Shown here piece after piece: positions 23,303-36,492 of a stretch of DNA of 64,000 bases. The stretch lies in assembly GCF_038025025.1 (NCBI RefSeq), contig NW_027117338.1, positions 2,790,001 to 2,854,000 on the forward strand, written 5' to 3'. The first letter of the stretch is position 1. Every line of letters starts with the position of its first letter. The translations under genes and the position numbers were made by a program. The DNA comes from Phyllosticta citribraziliensis. Its lineage: Eukaryota. The notes beneath the pieces were generated by a model. The model saw only the letters and a program-made list of their open reading frames with translations, had not been told where the DNA came from and did no database searches.

Positions 23303-24633
23303 GGCCAGAATGACTAGCGAAGTCTTTTTGGTTGAAAGCAAACATTACGTCCCATATCAGACGCTCTGCTGACCCTAGACTGCAAACCCACTGCCTGAAA
23401 GCGGACCAGTCAGGGCGGGTCTTGGTATTTAAGGTCGCCCTATTTCCTCAATCTCATCCTCCCGAGTGTGTCTGAAACCACTCACACAAAACCGGCGTGG
23501 ACGGAGGGCGGCCTTCTTTCTGTATCCTTATCGCACTTGACTTTCTCACAACCTCGTCTTCGACTTCCTTTAGCTTCCTGGTTCGGGCGCGTTTCATACC
23601 ACGAGCATTTGCACGGCGTTGGTGGGATGATGGGTTGTTGGGTCCTCAAAGCCTCAAGGCTTGATTTGGGTGGGTGCGCTGGGCGATTTTTCTTCCTCTC
23701 CCTTTCAGAAAAGATCAAGGGAGACGAGGATGCTTGGTAGAGAGAGTGATGGACTTGCACTTCTGATAACCCGTCGAAAAAAATTGCGTCTTGAGATTTG
23801 CGAGGTTCGAGGTCAGACGGAATGAGCAAGTGGGCTGAGGGTGAACGGGGTGAACATAATCGAGCATTGGGACAGACTCAAAAAATGAAAATTGGCCTCG
23901 TTTCCTTGGATTGCCGGCAGGGCGGGGTGCTGAATGCTTACGGGCTTGTCTTCGCATCCCCATCTCCTCGCTATACGCGTTCGCATAGACAGACAGCTGG
24001 ACGGGTCAGTCCAGTGGATGAGCGAGCAGGCACACAGCCCCAGGAATTTATATGGTCTGCACTTTTGAATGGACAGCTGAAAGGGACTGCGTAGACTTGA
24101 TGAATGAGCGAATGCACCCAGTGATCAATAATACTGGCTCACATCTTAGCTCCACGGCGACTATGAACTCGCTCGACAGCTTGGTGCTTGATGACAGTGA
24201 GTGGGTCGATTTGCGGCGAGTTCACAAAACATCAATTCGATGAAAAGGGCAGCAATTACAACGGACGTACGTGTCAGATCATTCACGCAAGCCAGTCAGG
24301 AGTGCGATTCAAGTGAGAGAAAAAAAATACTTTTGATGCCTATTGCACTCATACACGCCCGCGCCTCACCAACCGCCGCTACAGACCTCACACAACCACA
24401 ACGAGCAAGACAAGTGAAGAAAAGAAGCGCATTAGAAAAGTGCAGCATATCTGAGAAGAGAACAAGTAGAAGAGTCAGGAAAGAAAGGAAAGAAAAAGGT
24501 CGAACGCTCGTTACGCGTTGGATCCCACCAGCAACTCCCATCCGTCCGTCCGTCCATTGATTGATCGGCGTTGTGTTCACTGTTCATCAGTCGGTCGGTT
24601 GCCCTTGCGCAGTGCTGTGCTGTCTTCTAGTGA

Positions 24634-24681
24634 TCCTCCTCCTCCTCCTCCTCCTCCTTCTTCTTCTTCCTCCTCTTCCTT
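24634..24681. repeat. (CCT)n/(CTT)n compound microsatellite
   Basis: Read directly from the sequence. Confidence 0.85.
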
Positions 24682-25305
24682 CACCTTCTGTCCGCTCAAG
24701 TGCCGGCGCCCTCTGCCATCCAAGGGGCCACAAACGCCATACCGTCCAATCTGGTCCGTCTTGCGCCTTGCCATGCCGCCCTATCCCAGGGCCCCAAAAG
24801 CCCGTCACCTTCTGGCGCCAAAATGATGCAGAGAATGATTGAGAGAGAAAGGGGAAAGGGGGAATCAATCATCTGTGCGCCATGTCCTGTTATCCGTCCG
24901 TCCGTCCTGATCCGTGATGGCCCCGTTCCTGTCGTCCGGTCCTGTCCTGCCCTTACGCGCCGAGGTGATGCTGATGCTAACTAACGCTGTTGCTGTGGAA
25001 TTTTCATGCGTGGTATCGCACTGGGGGAAAGGAAAGAAGGGAAAGAGAGAGGGCATAAGGATGACAATGACTCAAGTGTAGGAAAGGGGAAAATTGAGCA
25101 ACTGTGAGAGGAATGAAGACGCCAGAGAGAAAGGGGGAAGTGACGCAAAACGTGCTTTTGTAGAGTTTTGTGAGCGACATCGACAATGACAGGTGCCAAA
25201 ACTCGCTCAAGGAAACTTTCAGCAAAGGGCAAAGACAATTCGTCATCCTGTGCCACTGCAATTGCGGCGTAATGGCACAACCACTCAATTAGTGCAAGAC
25301 TTGCC

Positions 25306-27060
25306 CTACTTGAGGCTCCCAGCGCTGTCGCGATTTCTCACGCTGGCCTGGACTTGGGCCGCAGCCGCGGATCTCGCCTCGCCTTCGCCCTCAACGTCAC
25401 CACTGGCTCCCTCCGGCACCTCCTTCTTAACACCACCATCGTTCTCGCCGACAGGCGATACTGGAGTCTCGAGCGGCTGGTACTGGTTGCCGCTGACCAG
25501 GCGGGCAGGCGCCTCGTGGTTGTGCTCATTGCTGCCGTACACGCCTTGCCGGCGGTAGGCCGAACCGCTGCTGCTTGGGTAGTAAGACAGCGAGGTAGTC
25601 GAGTCGGAGCGCTGGATGCTGCCGTTGCTGAGACCCACGCCGACGTTGACATGCGCTTTGTAGTTGCCGGCGTGATGGATGTGCGGGTGAACCGGCGGAG
25701 CGAATTTGACGTCGCTGTCTCCAAGGTCGTGGCTTGGTGCGTAGCCAGTCCCGGCACCGGTCGGGTCTGGATTGGAAACCACGGGAACGTAGCCGTAGCT
25801 GCTTGGGCCGGTCTCTGTGGGACCACCGTGCTGGCGATGCTGGTGGTGCATTCCGTCTGGAAGGAGTTGGTGCTGGTGCTGGTGCTGGTGCTGATTCTTC
25901 GAGTCCCGCCGGTTGTACATCATGCCATTGGATGGTTGCTGCCCAAGCGGGTCGTGGCTCCAGCCCATGGCGGTCTTTCCATACGTAGGAAGAACACCGC
26001 ATGACACGGCCGACGGCTGACGGTTGCGCATCCCCCCATAGGTCTGTCCTGGCGAGAGTGGCATGCGAGCAGTGTTGGGCATGGGAAGATGGCGGTTCTC
26101 GAGGCTCTGGGGCAGAGATGCTTGATGCGTTGGAGGAGAGCCTAGGGAGGCTTGTAGTGAATTGAGGTTGAATACAGACATGTTTTCGCTGGCCGTTACA
26201 GGCTGCCGCGTTGTAGAAGCGCTGTTTAGTTGAGGCATCGGCAGTCCGCTATAAGACACTGAAGGTCCCTCAGACTCTAGGTAGTGTGATCCATTGTTGT
26301 TCCCCAGGTTTTGCCGCATCGTGCCAGCCCAGTTTCGTAAGACATCGTGGGTCAATTGGCCGCCGTAAGTGTCGGAATGAGGCATCGCAGCCGTCGTTTG
26401 ATATCCGTATGACTCGGTAGGCGACTCGTCGCCGTAGCCCACAGTGCCCTGAGCTGTCGAATAGCTTCTTGCAGAGTGATATTTGGAGTACCCTTGCTCA
26501 TCCGGGTAGCTGTGGTACAAGGGTGCCATGGGAAGAGTCTGGTTTGATGATAGGCCACTGGGATACGTCAGGACGCTGAGTCCTTGAATGGGGCCAGATC
26601 CAACCTGGGCATCGAGTCAGCAAAGAGCAGACTACAGATGGCAGGGCTCTTTTACTCGGTTGAACTGGCAATGAGATATATCTGCACCGGCTGTTCTACA
26701 GTTCTGACACCCAGAGCCATCACCTGGATCACCACTACAGCGGATTTTCCGTTTTCTGCAGCGTGCACACTGGTCCATGTGCTGTCAGTAAAGGATCTTG
26801 ATATTTTGAAATGAATGTTGCATCGTCTGATTTTGAAAGAGGCTGGAAAGACGTACAGCTACGCTTATTCTCTGACGCCTGCTCGGAGTGTCCTGTGTGT
26901 CTGAAGTAGGGAGACTTCGATTTGGTTGCCGCAACGGGTTTGCGCGCATGTCGGTCCTCATCGAGTAAGACATGCCGCCAAGAGGTATGCAACGGTCGAA
27001 AGAGGAGAGTTGAAGAGTCTCAAGAGGCGAGCAACGACGATAACGGTCAAAGTCACTCAT
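25306..27060 (-). CDS. Zn(II)2Cys6 binuclear-cluster transcription factor (3 exons)
   Basis: Splicing out 26856-26770 and 26655-26605 gives RRQRISVA|CARCRKRKIRCSGDPGDGSGCQNCRTAGADISHCQFNR|VGSGP..., continuing into ORF 25306-26529 (low-complexity, with a QH repeat). Confidence 0.88.
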
Positions 27061-30000
27061 GTTGTCGGTGGACTGGATACTTATTAGCCAGGTACTCAAC
27101 GCCAAGGTCTGAGAGATCTGCAACAAGTCAGAGGTGATTCACGCACTGAAGCGGTCCTGCAGGTACCGTAGAACTGGTCGGAAGCAAGCGTGCGTTTGCA
27201 CGTCGAGTGATGGTATGACGTGGGTGAGATTTAGTCCAGGATGATCCTTCAACTGTGCTGATGAAATGCCCAAGGTAGGATGGGCGGGAATAAATTCGGT
27301 TTGGAGAATAGAGATGGAGTGGTGCAGCCGAAGTGATTTCACTTGAATGAGGCCAAGAGCCCACCTATTTGTGATGTGCCTGGTAGCGGTATCGAGACCC
27401 AGACACTGGGAGACCGGTTGTGGAAATCGGAGTTCTAGAGGAGGGCGTGCGCCTGTCAGGCTGGCAGGGCTTTTACCATACTTATTCGGCAAGACAGGCA
27501 AGCCTCTTCGTAAGTGCACAAGAATCTCCTTGGGCTGCGTGAGTACTGTGCATCATGCATCCGCAGCAGGTGGTACAAGTGGCCTCTGTGTATCTTCACC
27601 CCATCAGTGGAACGTCTGCATCTGTTGGAATTGGTGAGGTACCAAGTAATACAATTCTCAGAATGGCTCAAGGGGGCTTAGACCAGGAGTAGGTGTGGCT
27701 AGAGGGCGTGGGTGGGCGTTGACCTGAAGACGGGTCTGTTAAAGAAGAATATTCAGCTTGCCGCGCAGATCGCCGGACAAAGAAAGCGGAGCAAATCATG
27801 CTTGAAACAGGCGGGAGCTGCCGAAAGCTCCTGAAGGAACAAACTTAGCCCTGCGTCTGTCGGCTCTGTCAGTGCCTTCCAACACCCCGGCTCATTTCGC
27901 ATCAGCCAGTAGCCTTGCCAGTCCGAGTGACACAAATCTCGCAGCGCTCAATCAAGGACCAAAACATTTGTCCACGTGTCCGTTGAGTGCAGAAAGCTTT
28001 GCCATGAAGAATCCGTTGACTTTCCTTAGTTTCGTTGCAGAAACGTGGTAGGCGCAAGTCTCTGCCGCCTCGTTAGCGGAAGCGGAGAAGGCTTGTCATC
28101 CACTCAGCACCGCGCCAATGAAGCTCAACGCGTACATGGATCTGTGGACGCATCATCGTGTGGCAGAGCAAATGCAATTGGAGATCCACAAATCCGGATA
28201 AATAGCAAACACGGGGCTGGCTTGGCAACCCCTGCCAGACACAGAGAGAGACTGGGAGATTTTCATACGCCTTGTTTCGCATAGCAAACCACGGATGAAG
28301 CTCTGAGTTTGTGGTAACACAAGACGCACGTATCCGCGAGTAGCGCCTTTATTCAAAGATGTCATCCGATCGTTCAGATCGTTCATTCCTGTCGACTCCG
28401 TCTTGGGCTAGGGAGAGGCCCTCCAGCAGTGGCCAGCCCCGATATCCTGGCATGGCGGAAGTGCGGACTTTGCGGGACTTCGGTCATCGAATCGTAAGTC
28501 ATTCGTCAAGTGCAGAATGGGGGCTGCTGACCGGGACCGCCAGACTGTGCAGAGGTCAGCCAGCCAAATACCTGGGCTTGGTCGATGCAGTGCAATGATC
28601 ATAGGAAGAAGCGAGTCCAATAAGGGCCCCCTTCATGCGGGAACCCGTGTGGCGACAGGCGATCCCACAAGCAAACAATATGAAGAGTGGCACAGCGCTT
28701 CATTCGCTGAGGTTGCGTGAGAGGCCCCATGGACGGGACGCCATGGACGATGTCATGGTACGGAGTAATGTGGCGATACCGCCATAACAGTGTTGGTGAT
28801 TATCATGGCCCCTAAGCATGGCCATATCAGTAACGTTCTTACACTACGCGGCGTTGTCCAGTTGCTGTGACACAGGCGTGTTTCAGCAGAATGTGCAGGG
28901 AGTCAATCTTCCAGCAGCCGTCTGCACAGGTTGAGGAACTATTTATCGCCTGTCAGTACTTCTGCGCGTCGTTGACAGATCAACGAAGAAGGCACGTTGA
29001 ACATCACACAAGATTAACTGCACACGCGACGAAGTGGGCAGCTCTGGGACCGCTTTCGATTCCATCGAGCACAGAAACACGGGGTGATGCTTGGAGCGAT
29101 TGATGGCCAGGAATGGGAACCGGCGTAGTTGTGGAGTATGACTGAACGTATCAAACGAGAGTGCCAATTTGATCGCCAAGCCCTGTAGCGACAGGCTCTG
29201 CGAAGAAGCCTGGCTGACATCGGAGCCTGGATGGATCGTCGGACTTGAGCTCGCCAAAAGTTTTCCTTTTCGTCCAGATGGGACGCGCAGCCAATTCCGT
29301 GTCGATTTAGGCCAAGCGCGAGCCGGGCATCGGTGAGCCGGTCTAGCAACGGCAGTCTGTCGGAGAACTTCAGGCTCTGGCCTGAGTTGTTGCAGGACAG
29401 GTGGTGGTGGTACGACCTTTCAGCAAGAAGTGAGACAAGCCAAACAATCGCAGAAGTCTTCGCAGGGGACCATGCAGATGACTGGAGGATGGCTACTCCT
29501 AAGCACAGCCTTGCATACAGCGCGCGTAAAATGAAGCGACTGACACAGCAAGGAAGAGGACATGCGAAGGAACTGGCGACGAAATGGGAAAAGGGCCGCA
29601 GATAAAGCACGAAGATGACCTTGAGGGACCGTGCTGAAGTACAGTACTGTATGTGCCTGCAATGCACGTACTAGACGCTGACCTGCCTGCTGGCAAAGGC
29701 CAGGGGTTTGACAAGCCGTTTCGAGACACAGGCGGATCCCCGAGATGAGGTTGCGTGCCGTGCCGTCGCCCGCTCAAGCCTTGACGATGGCAATGCACAG
29801 CAGGCTTCGCGGCAGCAGGGAAAAAGGATCGCCGCCTAAGACAGCGGAAAGCTGCAACCATAGCACAGAAGAGTTACCAGGGTGGCAACATCATCAGCCG
29901 CAAGCTGACGATGGACGCGAAGAAGGTGGTGGAGGCAAAGAGGTCCAGGGTCGGAGTAGCGCCTGCTGTGCTGGAAGTGCAGCATCAGCCGCCGAGCGAA

Positions 30001-30575
30001 GTCGACATGGCGTTTCGGCAACGGAGCAATTCATTAGCTGTGGAGACAGTGAGGACGAGCGAAGCTGCTGTGCTTGCTTGACGCAGATGCAGAGCAGAAA
30101 AAAGCAAGTCACATGGTAAGACGAGAGCCGGAGAGGCGAGGAGGCGTTACACAAAGTGGAGCTGGGATGGAGGCCAATTGAATAACTCATGTAGCCGGCC
30201 GGAGGCTGCAGAGTGGCGGGGCGGGGAGGCGGCCCTTGACGAAAGGGGGAGCATGCAGTAGGTGAAGATGGAGAGTGAGGAACAGCAGAGGAAGAGGTCG
30301 AGACGAGCGGTCGTGGTGGTGAGCTTCTCGGAGTGGTTTCCGCCGATGGCCCGGCCCGGCGTGCCTTCGCCGTCGGCCCGAGAGGACCGACCAACCTCCA
30401 TCACCGCCTCAGACCTTCTTGCATCCTCGCCCTCACGCCCACGCCAGCGATACCCGCCACTGCCACCGTCCGCCGTGCCTCTTGTCACACCTCTCGCTCC
30501 TGAGCCAATCTCAACGCCCAACCCCGCCGTTTGTCGCATGTCCGACGCCGACGCCTGCCCGTCGTCCACGTCGCC

Positions 30576-32115
30576 ATGAGCGTCCTTTTGGAAACGTCTG
30601 TGGGTGACGTCACGATAGACTTGCTAGTCTCTGAAGCTCCGCGGTGCTGTGAAAAGTGAGTCCCTGCCTGCCGCCCTGCTGTCATTACGAGGCTGACCGC
30701 TGACCAAGCCCGCCCCTGCCCTCAGTTTCCTGAAGCTCTGCAAGCTCAAGTACTACAATTACGCTCCCGTATACGGCGTCCAGAAAGACTTCTCCTTCCA
30801 AACCGGCGACCCAATCGGCCCTGGCTCCAAGGACAGCGATGGCGGCTCCTCCGTATGGGGTCTCTTGGACCCTAGCAACCCCTCCAAAAAGACCTTTGTA
30901 CCCGAGTTCCACCCGAAGCTCAAACACGCTGAACGAGGCACGGTGAGCATGGCCACGGCGCCAGCAGCCAATGATCCTGACGAGCGATTGGCCGGCAGCC
31001 AGTTCATCGTTACGCTGGGGGAGAACCTCGAGTACCTGGATGGCAAGTCGGCCATTTTCGGTCAAGTTGTTGAAGGATATGATGCGCTGGAAAAGATCAA
31101 CACGGCATTTATCGATGAGACGGGAAGACCACTCAAGGATATCCGTATCCTTCACACAATCGTTTTGGACGACCCCTTCGAAGATCCCCCCGGCCTGGTG
31201 GAGCCTCCGGAAAGCCCACCTCCATCGGCGGCGCAGCGCGCGACGGTGCGGATTGCACACGACGAAGAGCTCGACGAGAATGTGGACCAGGAAACGCTAG
31301 AAAAGCGACGACGAGAACGGGAGGCTAGAGCGCAGGCCTACACGTTGGAGATGGTAGGAGATCTCCCCTTCGCCGAAGTGCGCCCCCCGGAGAACGTCCT
31401 CTTCGTCTGCAAGCTCAACCCCGTCACGCAAGACGAAGACCTTGAAATCATCTTTTCTCGTTTTGGCAAGATCCTCTCCTGCGAAGTCATTCGTGACAAG
31501 CAGACGGGCGACAGCTTGCAGTATGCCTTCATAGAGTTTGAAAACCAAAAGGACTGCGAGCAGGCCTACTTTAAAATGCAAGACGTCCTGATCGACGACC
31601 ATCGCATCCACGTCGACTTCTCGCAGAGCGTCTCCAAGCTGTCGGGCGTCTGGCGCGACGCAACCAATGCCAAGCGCCGTCGCGCACAAGGTGGGTTCGG
31701 CGGCTTCGAGGGCCTGGAAAAGAAGAGGCAGTACCGCAACGAGCAGGATCCCGCGGACCGCCATCGCGACTCAAAGTATGGATACGTCTTCGACAAGGAC
31801 CAACAGCGCAAGCGCCGCGACAGGAGCTCAAGCGTCGATGACCGCGACAACCGGAGGCCGGACCGCAGTAGAAGTCCAAGGGGCGGCGGCAAGGGGAGCC
31901 GGGATGTCGAGCCTCGTCGCCCCGATTCTGATAGGCACCGGGGAGGTAGGCATTATCGCGACGAGCCGAGAAGGGACAGAAGTCGTGATAGGTATGGGGA
32001 TGGCCGGAGGAGAGAAAGGAGCAGAGACCGCTATCGAGGCGATCGCAAGAGGGACGGCAGTCGTGATCGATACCGGCGTGATTATCGGGATCGCGACTAC
32101 GATCGCCGTCGATAG
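30576..32115 (+). CDS. PPIL4: Cyclophilin-RRM-RS protein (PPIL4/Rct1/Cyp59 family)
   Basis: [11 protein letters not shown]...EN, intron 30656-30725, then [14 protein letters not shown] ([19 protein letters not shown]); Arg/Asp/Ser-rich tail. Confidence 0.93.
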
Positions 32116-32507
32116 ACTGGAATGCGTGGAATATCTCTCAAGGCACGCATTCAGAAAAGACTGCTCCTACAGCACAAAAAGTACATTTGTAATACAAAAG
32201 GTCTCTACCACTTTCTGGCCTCAGATGGAGGCCTCTGCACTGGTGCTCGATTCACGAGAACATGAAGTCAAGAGTGAGCTAGACTCGAGCAATGAAAGTA
32301 TTGATCACGAGTGAATGCACAGCGAGACGAAAAGAGCGCTGCGGGCCCCAACCCAAATGAAGACGCCCACCACCCATCCAACCCTTCTACGCCAAATGCT
32401 CCAGACCAGAAAACATGACAGTCCGCCCCTGGGCCATGCTGTCTATCCTCAAGCCGACCAGCCAACCAACCCAATACCACAAAGCAATACCTAGTCCCAC
32501 AGCGCGC

Positions 32508-35500
32508 CTAGTCGTCTAGCAAGTCATCGACAATATCACTCTTCTTAGGCCTGCCGCGTCCCCTGCCCCTTCCAGCCGTGGCCGCACCCCTCGCCGCACC
32601 CCTCGCAGCACCCCGTCCTCTAGCGCCCCGTGGTCTGCCTCGTCCGCGGGTGGGTGGCGGCGGCGACGGCGCCTTAACCGTGTCGTTGTCGCTCTCTTCC
32701 TGCTCCGATGCGGCCGCCGACGGCGCGACGCTGCTCTCGGCCTTCTCCTGCGCCATCTCTTCCTGCAGCTGCTGCTGAATGTGGTCTTCGACCGACATCT
32801 CGCGCTCCCGGGTCACGACCACCGTGTCGTCGTCCATGTCATCGTCATCGTCGCCAGCGCGCGAGGCGGCTGACTCTGATGGCGCTGCAGACGTCTCGCG
32901 GCCGGCGTCGCTGGCGGCATCGGCCATGGAGACGTCATCATCGTCGTCGTCTGCCGGCTCGTCACCGTCGGCCATTGACACGTCGTCGCGCGCTTCGGCC
33001 GGCTGCTGCTCCTGGACCGCTGGCGTGGCGTGGTCGTCGCCGTTGGGCAGCTCCTCGCTGGAGGGGGCGGAGATTTTGGCGACGACGGCGGCGAACTTGG
33101 CGACCGCATTTCGCATGGGGACATCTGTCAGAAACCTGGAGTTGTCCTCCTGTAGTTCCTGGAGTAGGTCGGAAACACTTTGAATCTTCTCCGGGGAAGC
33201 AAAAGGATGGACCGTCAGCTTGCCCAGCATCGAAGTCAAAATCTTCTTTTCGTCTCCTAGTCAAAGGTTAGCCTTGAATGGGGCATACCCAAAAAAGTGA
33301 CTTACTGTGATAGCCTGGAGTCATGATTTTCTCCAGAATCTCTTCAGCAAGGATCAGATGAGCATCGCCGAGTCCATCGATCTTTTGAGCGCCTTCAAGC
33401 ATTTGTCCCGTCAACTCTTCAGCGCCAACCAGCTTGCGCGGGTCAGTCCAGTCCACAATCTGTGCCCCAGCGACAACTAAGGTCACCATCTCAGCCTGCT
33501 CGTCTTGATCAAAGTCATTCTTCAAAACCGACATGGCATGGATCAGTGGAATCGCAATGCTGGCCATGCGCTCGGCATTCTCCTTGCGCGTGTGACAGTA
33601 CACGGGCAAGAAGTAAGTCAAGGCTTGCTGCATGCCAGGGTTTTGCTTCGTCTCGGGGTTGAAGTACGTAATAGTGAGGGCTTTGAGAAGCTCGGGCTCG
33701 CGCAGCGTGTTGAGGAGCATGAGCTTGCAGGCGCCAATCGCGCCGTTCCTTGCGACTGTCTCCGCCTCTGACTTCAACGAACGAAGGTAAATTTTGAGAA
33801 TCGGTTTGAGAAGAGGGTTCACGGTGGGGACCTCGCTCGCGTCTTCCTCTGTTGGCGGGGGTGGAGGAGCCAGCAGCGAGGGAAAAGTGGTCAGAATGTC
33901 GGTGACAATTTTGATCGCGCTGTCTTGCAGGCCTTCGTGGCCCTTGTTGAAGCATTCGATGAAGGCGACAATGTTTTGCTGGGCAATTTCCTATCCATTC
34001 TGTTAGCAAGCGGTCCTCTTTTGGATTTTGTGACATACCTTGCTCATGAGACTGTACAGCCCAAGACACAGCAGCCCTCGGTCTCTGACTGGCGCGTCGT
34101 AGGACCGCACAGCTGGCACCACCAAATTGTTCAACATGTCGACGAGGTAGGTGTTAGATTCCAAGTCGCCGTGGACATTCTGAAGTGTGCATTTCGCAAT
34201 GTGAAGACACTGCAGGTTGACTTCGATTTTGCGAACAGCGTCGGGATCAATCGACTCGTCGTCGTCGTCTTCGTCTTCCTCTGTGGGAGCTGCTTTGACC
34301 TTCGCCTTGCGCTTCTTTTTTGGTGACCCTTCATCGCTTAGTACTGAGCGGGCAGAGTGGAAGCTTTCACTCTCATCATCTCCGCCAGCTTCTTCCTCCT
34401 CCTCCGCCTCTCTGTCGCGGATGGAATCCTGTACATCGGCGATGGCTTCATACACCAGACTCGAAAATTCGCGCTCGCCCGCCGCATTCTTTCCGCAAAG
34501 AGCCCGCAGGACTTCAATTGTGAGCCTTGTAATCTCCTCTGGCAACCGTGGATCTGCCAGGGTCTCTCGCATGATGGAATACATTGTCCTCCGTCCGGAT
34601 TCGTCTGCGTAGTCCGTGGTCAAGGCAATATTCAACATTTGTTCGACTGAGAACTCCAGGTCGACAGTATCCTCTGCAAGATTCTCGTCTTCCACCAGGT
34701 TGCCTTCTTCGTCGACCTGGTGGGCTTGATCGACCATTTCGAGGAGCTTTGTAATGTAGCCCCTAATAAGATGAGCGAAATCGGCAATTTCCGGCAGTTT
34801 CTCGTCCAGAAGGTTGATGAGCTTGCTGTCGCCGCTATTTCGGCAGTAGTCGCAGAAAGAACGAGCCATAAAAGCCTTTTGGGGATCCAGTTCCTCCCAA
34901 AACCTGGCATCGAAATAGACGGCGTCCCGGTAGTCTGGACGACCATCCCAAAACTCCCTCATCGCGTCGTGAGCCATGCCTCCAGGTTGGCCGGCGTTTG
35001 AAACGTGGATGCGCTGGAGCAATTCCAATAGGGCCTCCATCGGGGTGGGCTCTACGACCTGTTGTTCCTCCTCGCCTTCGCCTTTCTCAACCGGCTTCAA
35101 GCAGTCTTCGAGCCATCGTTCACGAAAGACACGTGCAGTGGCTTTGCGCACAGTGTCGTCGCGATCGCGGATGCCCCAGCGAAGAAGCTTCTCTCTGTGG
35201 GTCATGGATAGGTGTCGAAAGTCGACCAGAGATGGAAGCACACGAATGTACAAGGCCTTGCGAATGGCAGGGTCCAGATCTCTTGCGCGTTCGAGAATAA
35301 AAGGCAGGGTTTCAGCTGTCCAGGAGAGATTGAGAAGCAGCGACCTTCGGACCTCGGCGGCGGAATCATTCCTCAAAACTTCCAACAGCTTTCTCATCAA
35401 ACCACCTCCGCTCTCATCATCACTGTCCGAGTCCTCTTCTTCCTCGTCGGCGCCAACCAGCCGGCCAAGTCCCTTGACGGCCTGCATGCGGACCGCAGCT

Positions 35501-36219
35501 TCCTTGTCGTGAAGGCGCTTGAGCAGATTGACCCTCACCATGTTGTAGGAGTTGTCATCTAGGGTATCCAGTGTGTTGATCATGTGCGAGATTATCTGAG
35601 TCGAGCGATATCGTACAACCTTGTCTCGGGCCCGAAGCATGGGGATGAGCTGGGTTATGATGTGTTGCACCAAGCGGGAAGTCGGTGTGTTCTCCTCTTC
35701 TTCGAGATCTTCGCCATCGAGTAATGCGGCATCTATCAAGCGTCAGAAGTGCTAAATGTTGTGCTGGCGTGCGGTAGGCTTACCTTTTTCTTTGGCGTAC
35801 TTGAGAAAGATACCAATGAATTTGATGATTCGATCTCCCACGGGCTCGCTCTTCTTCACAGGCAAAACCCGTATAAGGCATCTTCCCACCTCATTGTTGA
35901 AGTCGTCCACGTCAAAATCCTCGTCCAAGGCCTGCTGCTTCTTTGGATTGACCGGCTCGTATGCGCATGCCTCCTGAATCTTTCTAAGTTGTACGGCCAG
36001 TTTGCGATTCGTCGCAGTCGTCCGTTGGGCTTCTCCAAAGACCTTGCAAATCTGCTCGCGCAAAGTGGTCGAGTCTCCCTCATCAGGTATGTCGACGGCA
36101 TTGGCAGAGGCGCGGGCGGTCCGCGACTCTCGTGTTCGACGGGGAGGTGCAGTCGGTTTCGCGGACTCCGGATCAGCGGATGCGCGAGCTCTCCGTCTTT
36201 CTGCCACGCGACCAGGCAT
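32508..36219 (-). CDS. YCG1: Condensin I HEAT subunit G (Ycg1/Cnd3/CAP-G), 4 exons
   Basis: Introns approx. 35783-35733, 34038-33991, 33305-33257. HEAT motifs ARDKVVRYRSTQ, AEVRRSLLLNL, ILERARD and GACKLML; acidic tail. Confidence 0.92.
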
Positions 36220-36492
36220 TTTGGCGGTGTCGTTGTCCAAGTCGTCGCCTTGTCGCGTCGTGAAGCGGACACTGGGTCGAGTGGACTGGAGTGCTGCCGC
36301 AAGGCGGTGTTTGTTTACGTCTGTGCACACCGGGCCTTGATTATCTTATCGGATCTCCGCCGCAGCGCATTGACACCGCATACCGCCGACCAATCTCCAA
36401 GAACCGAGCTTGTTGCGCAATGTCGTTGGCCATTAAAGTTCCCGCATCGGCCATTGTTCTCTGTGCGTCACGCAACGCAACCACCACTCCAC

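Noticed and set aside
28867..29667. Several 78-217-aa ORFs in the TF / PPIL4 intergenic region
   Set aside because: Mostly non-ATG starts, no motifs and no convincing splice model; cannot be supported.
30760..30815. Degenerate cyclophilin active site (catalytic Arg absent)
   Set aside because: Already known for the PPIL4 family; not novel.
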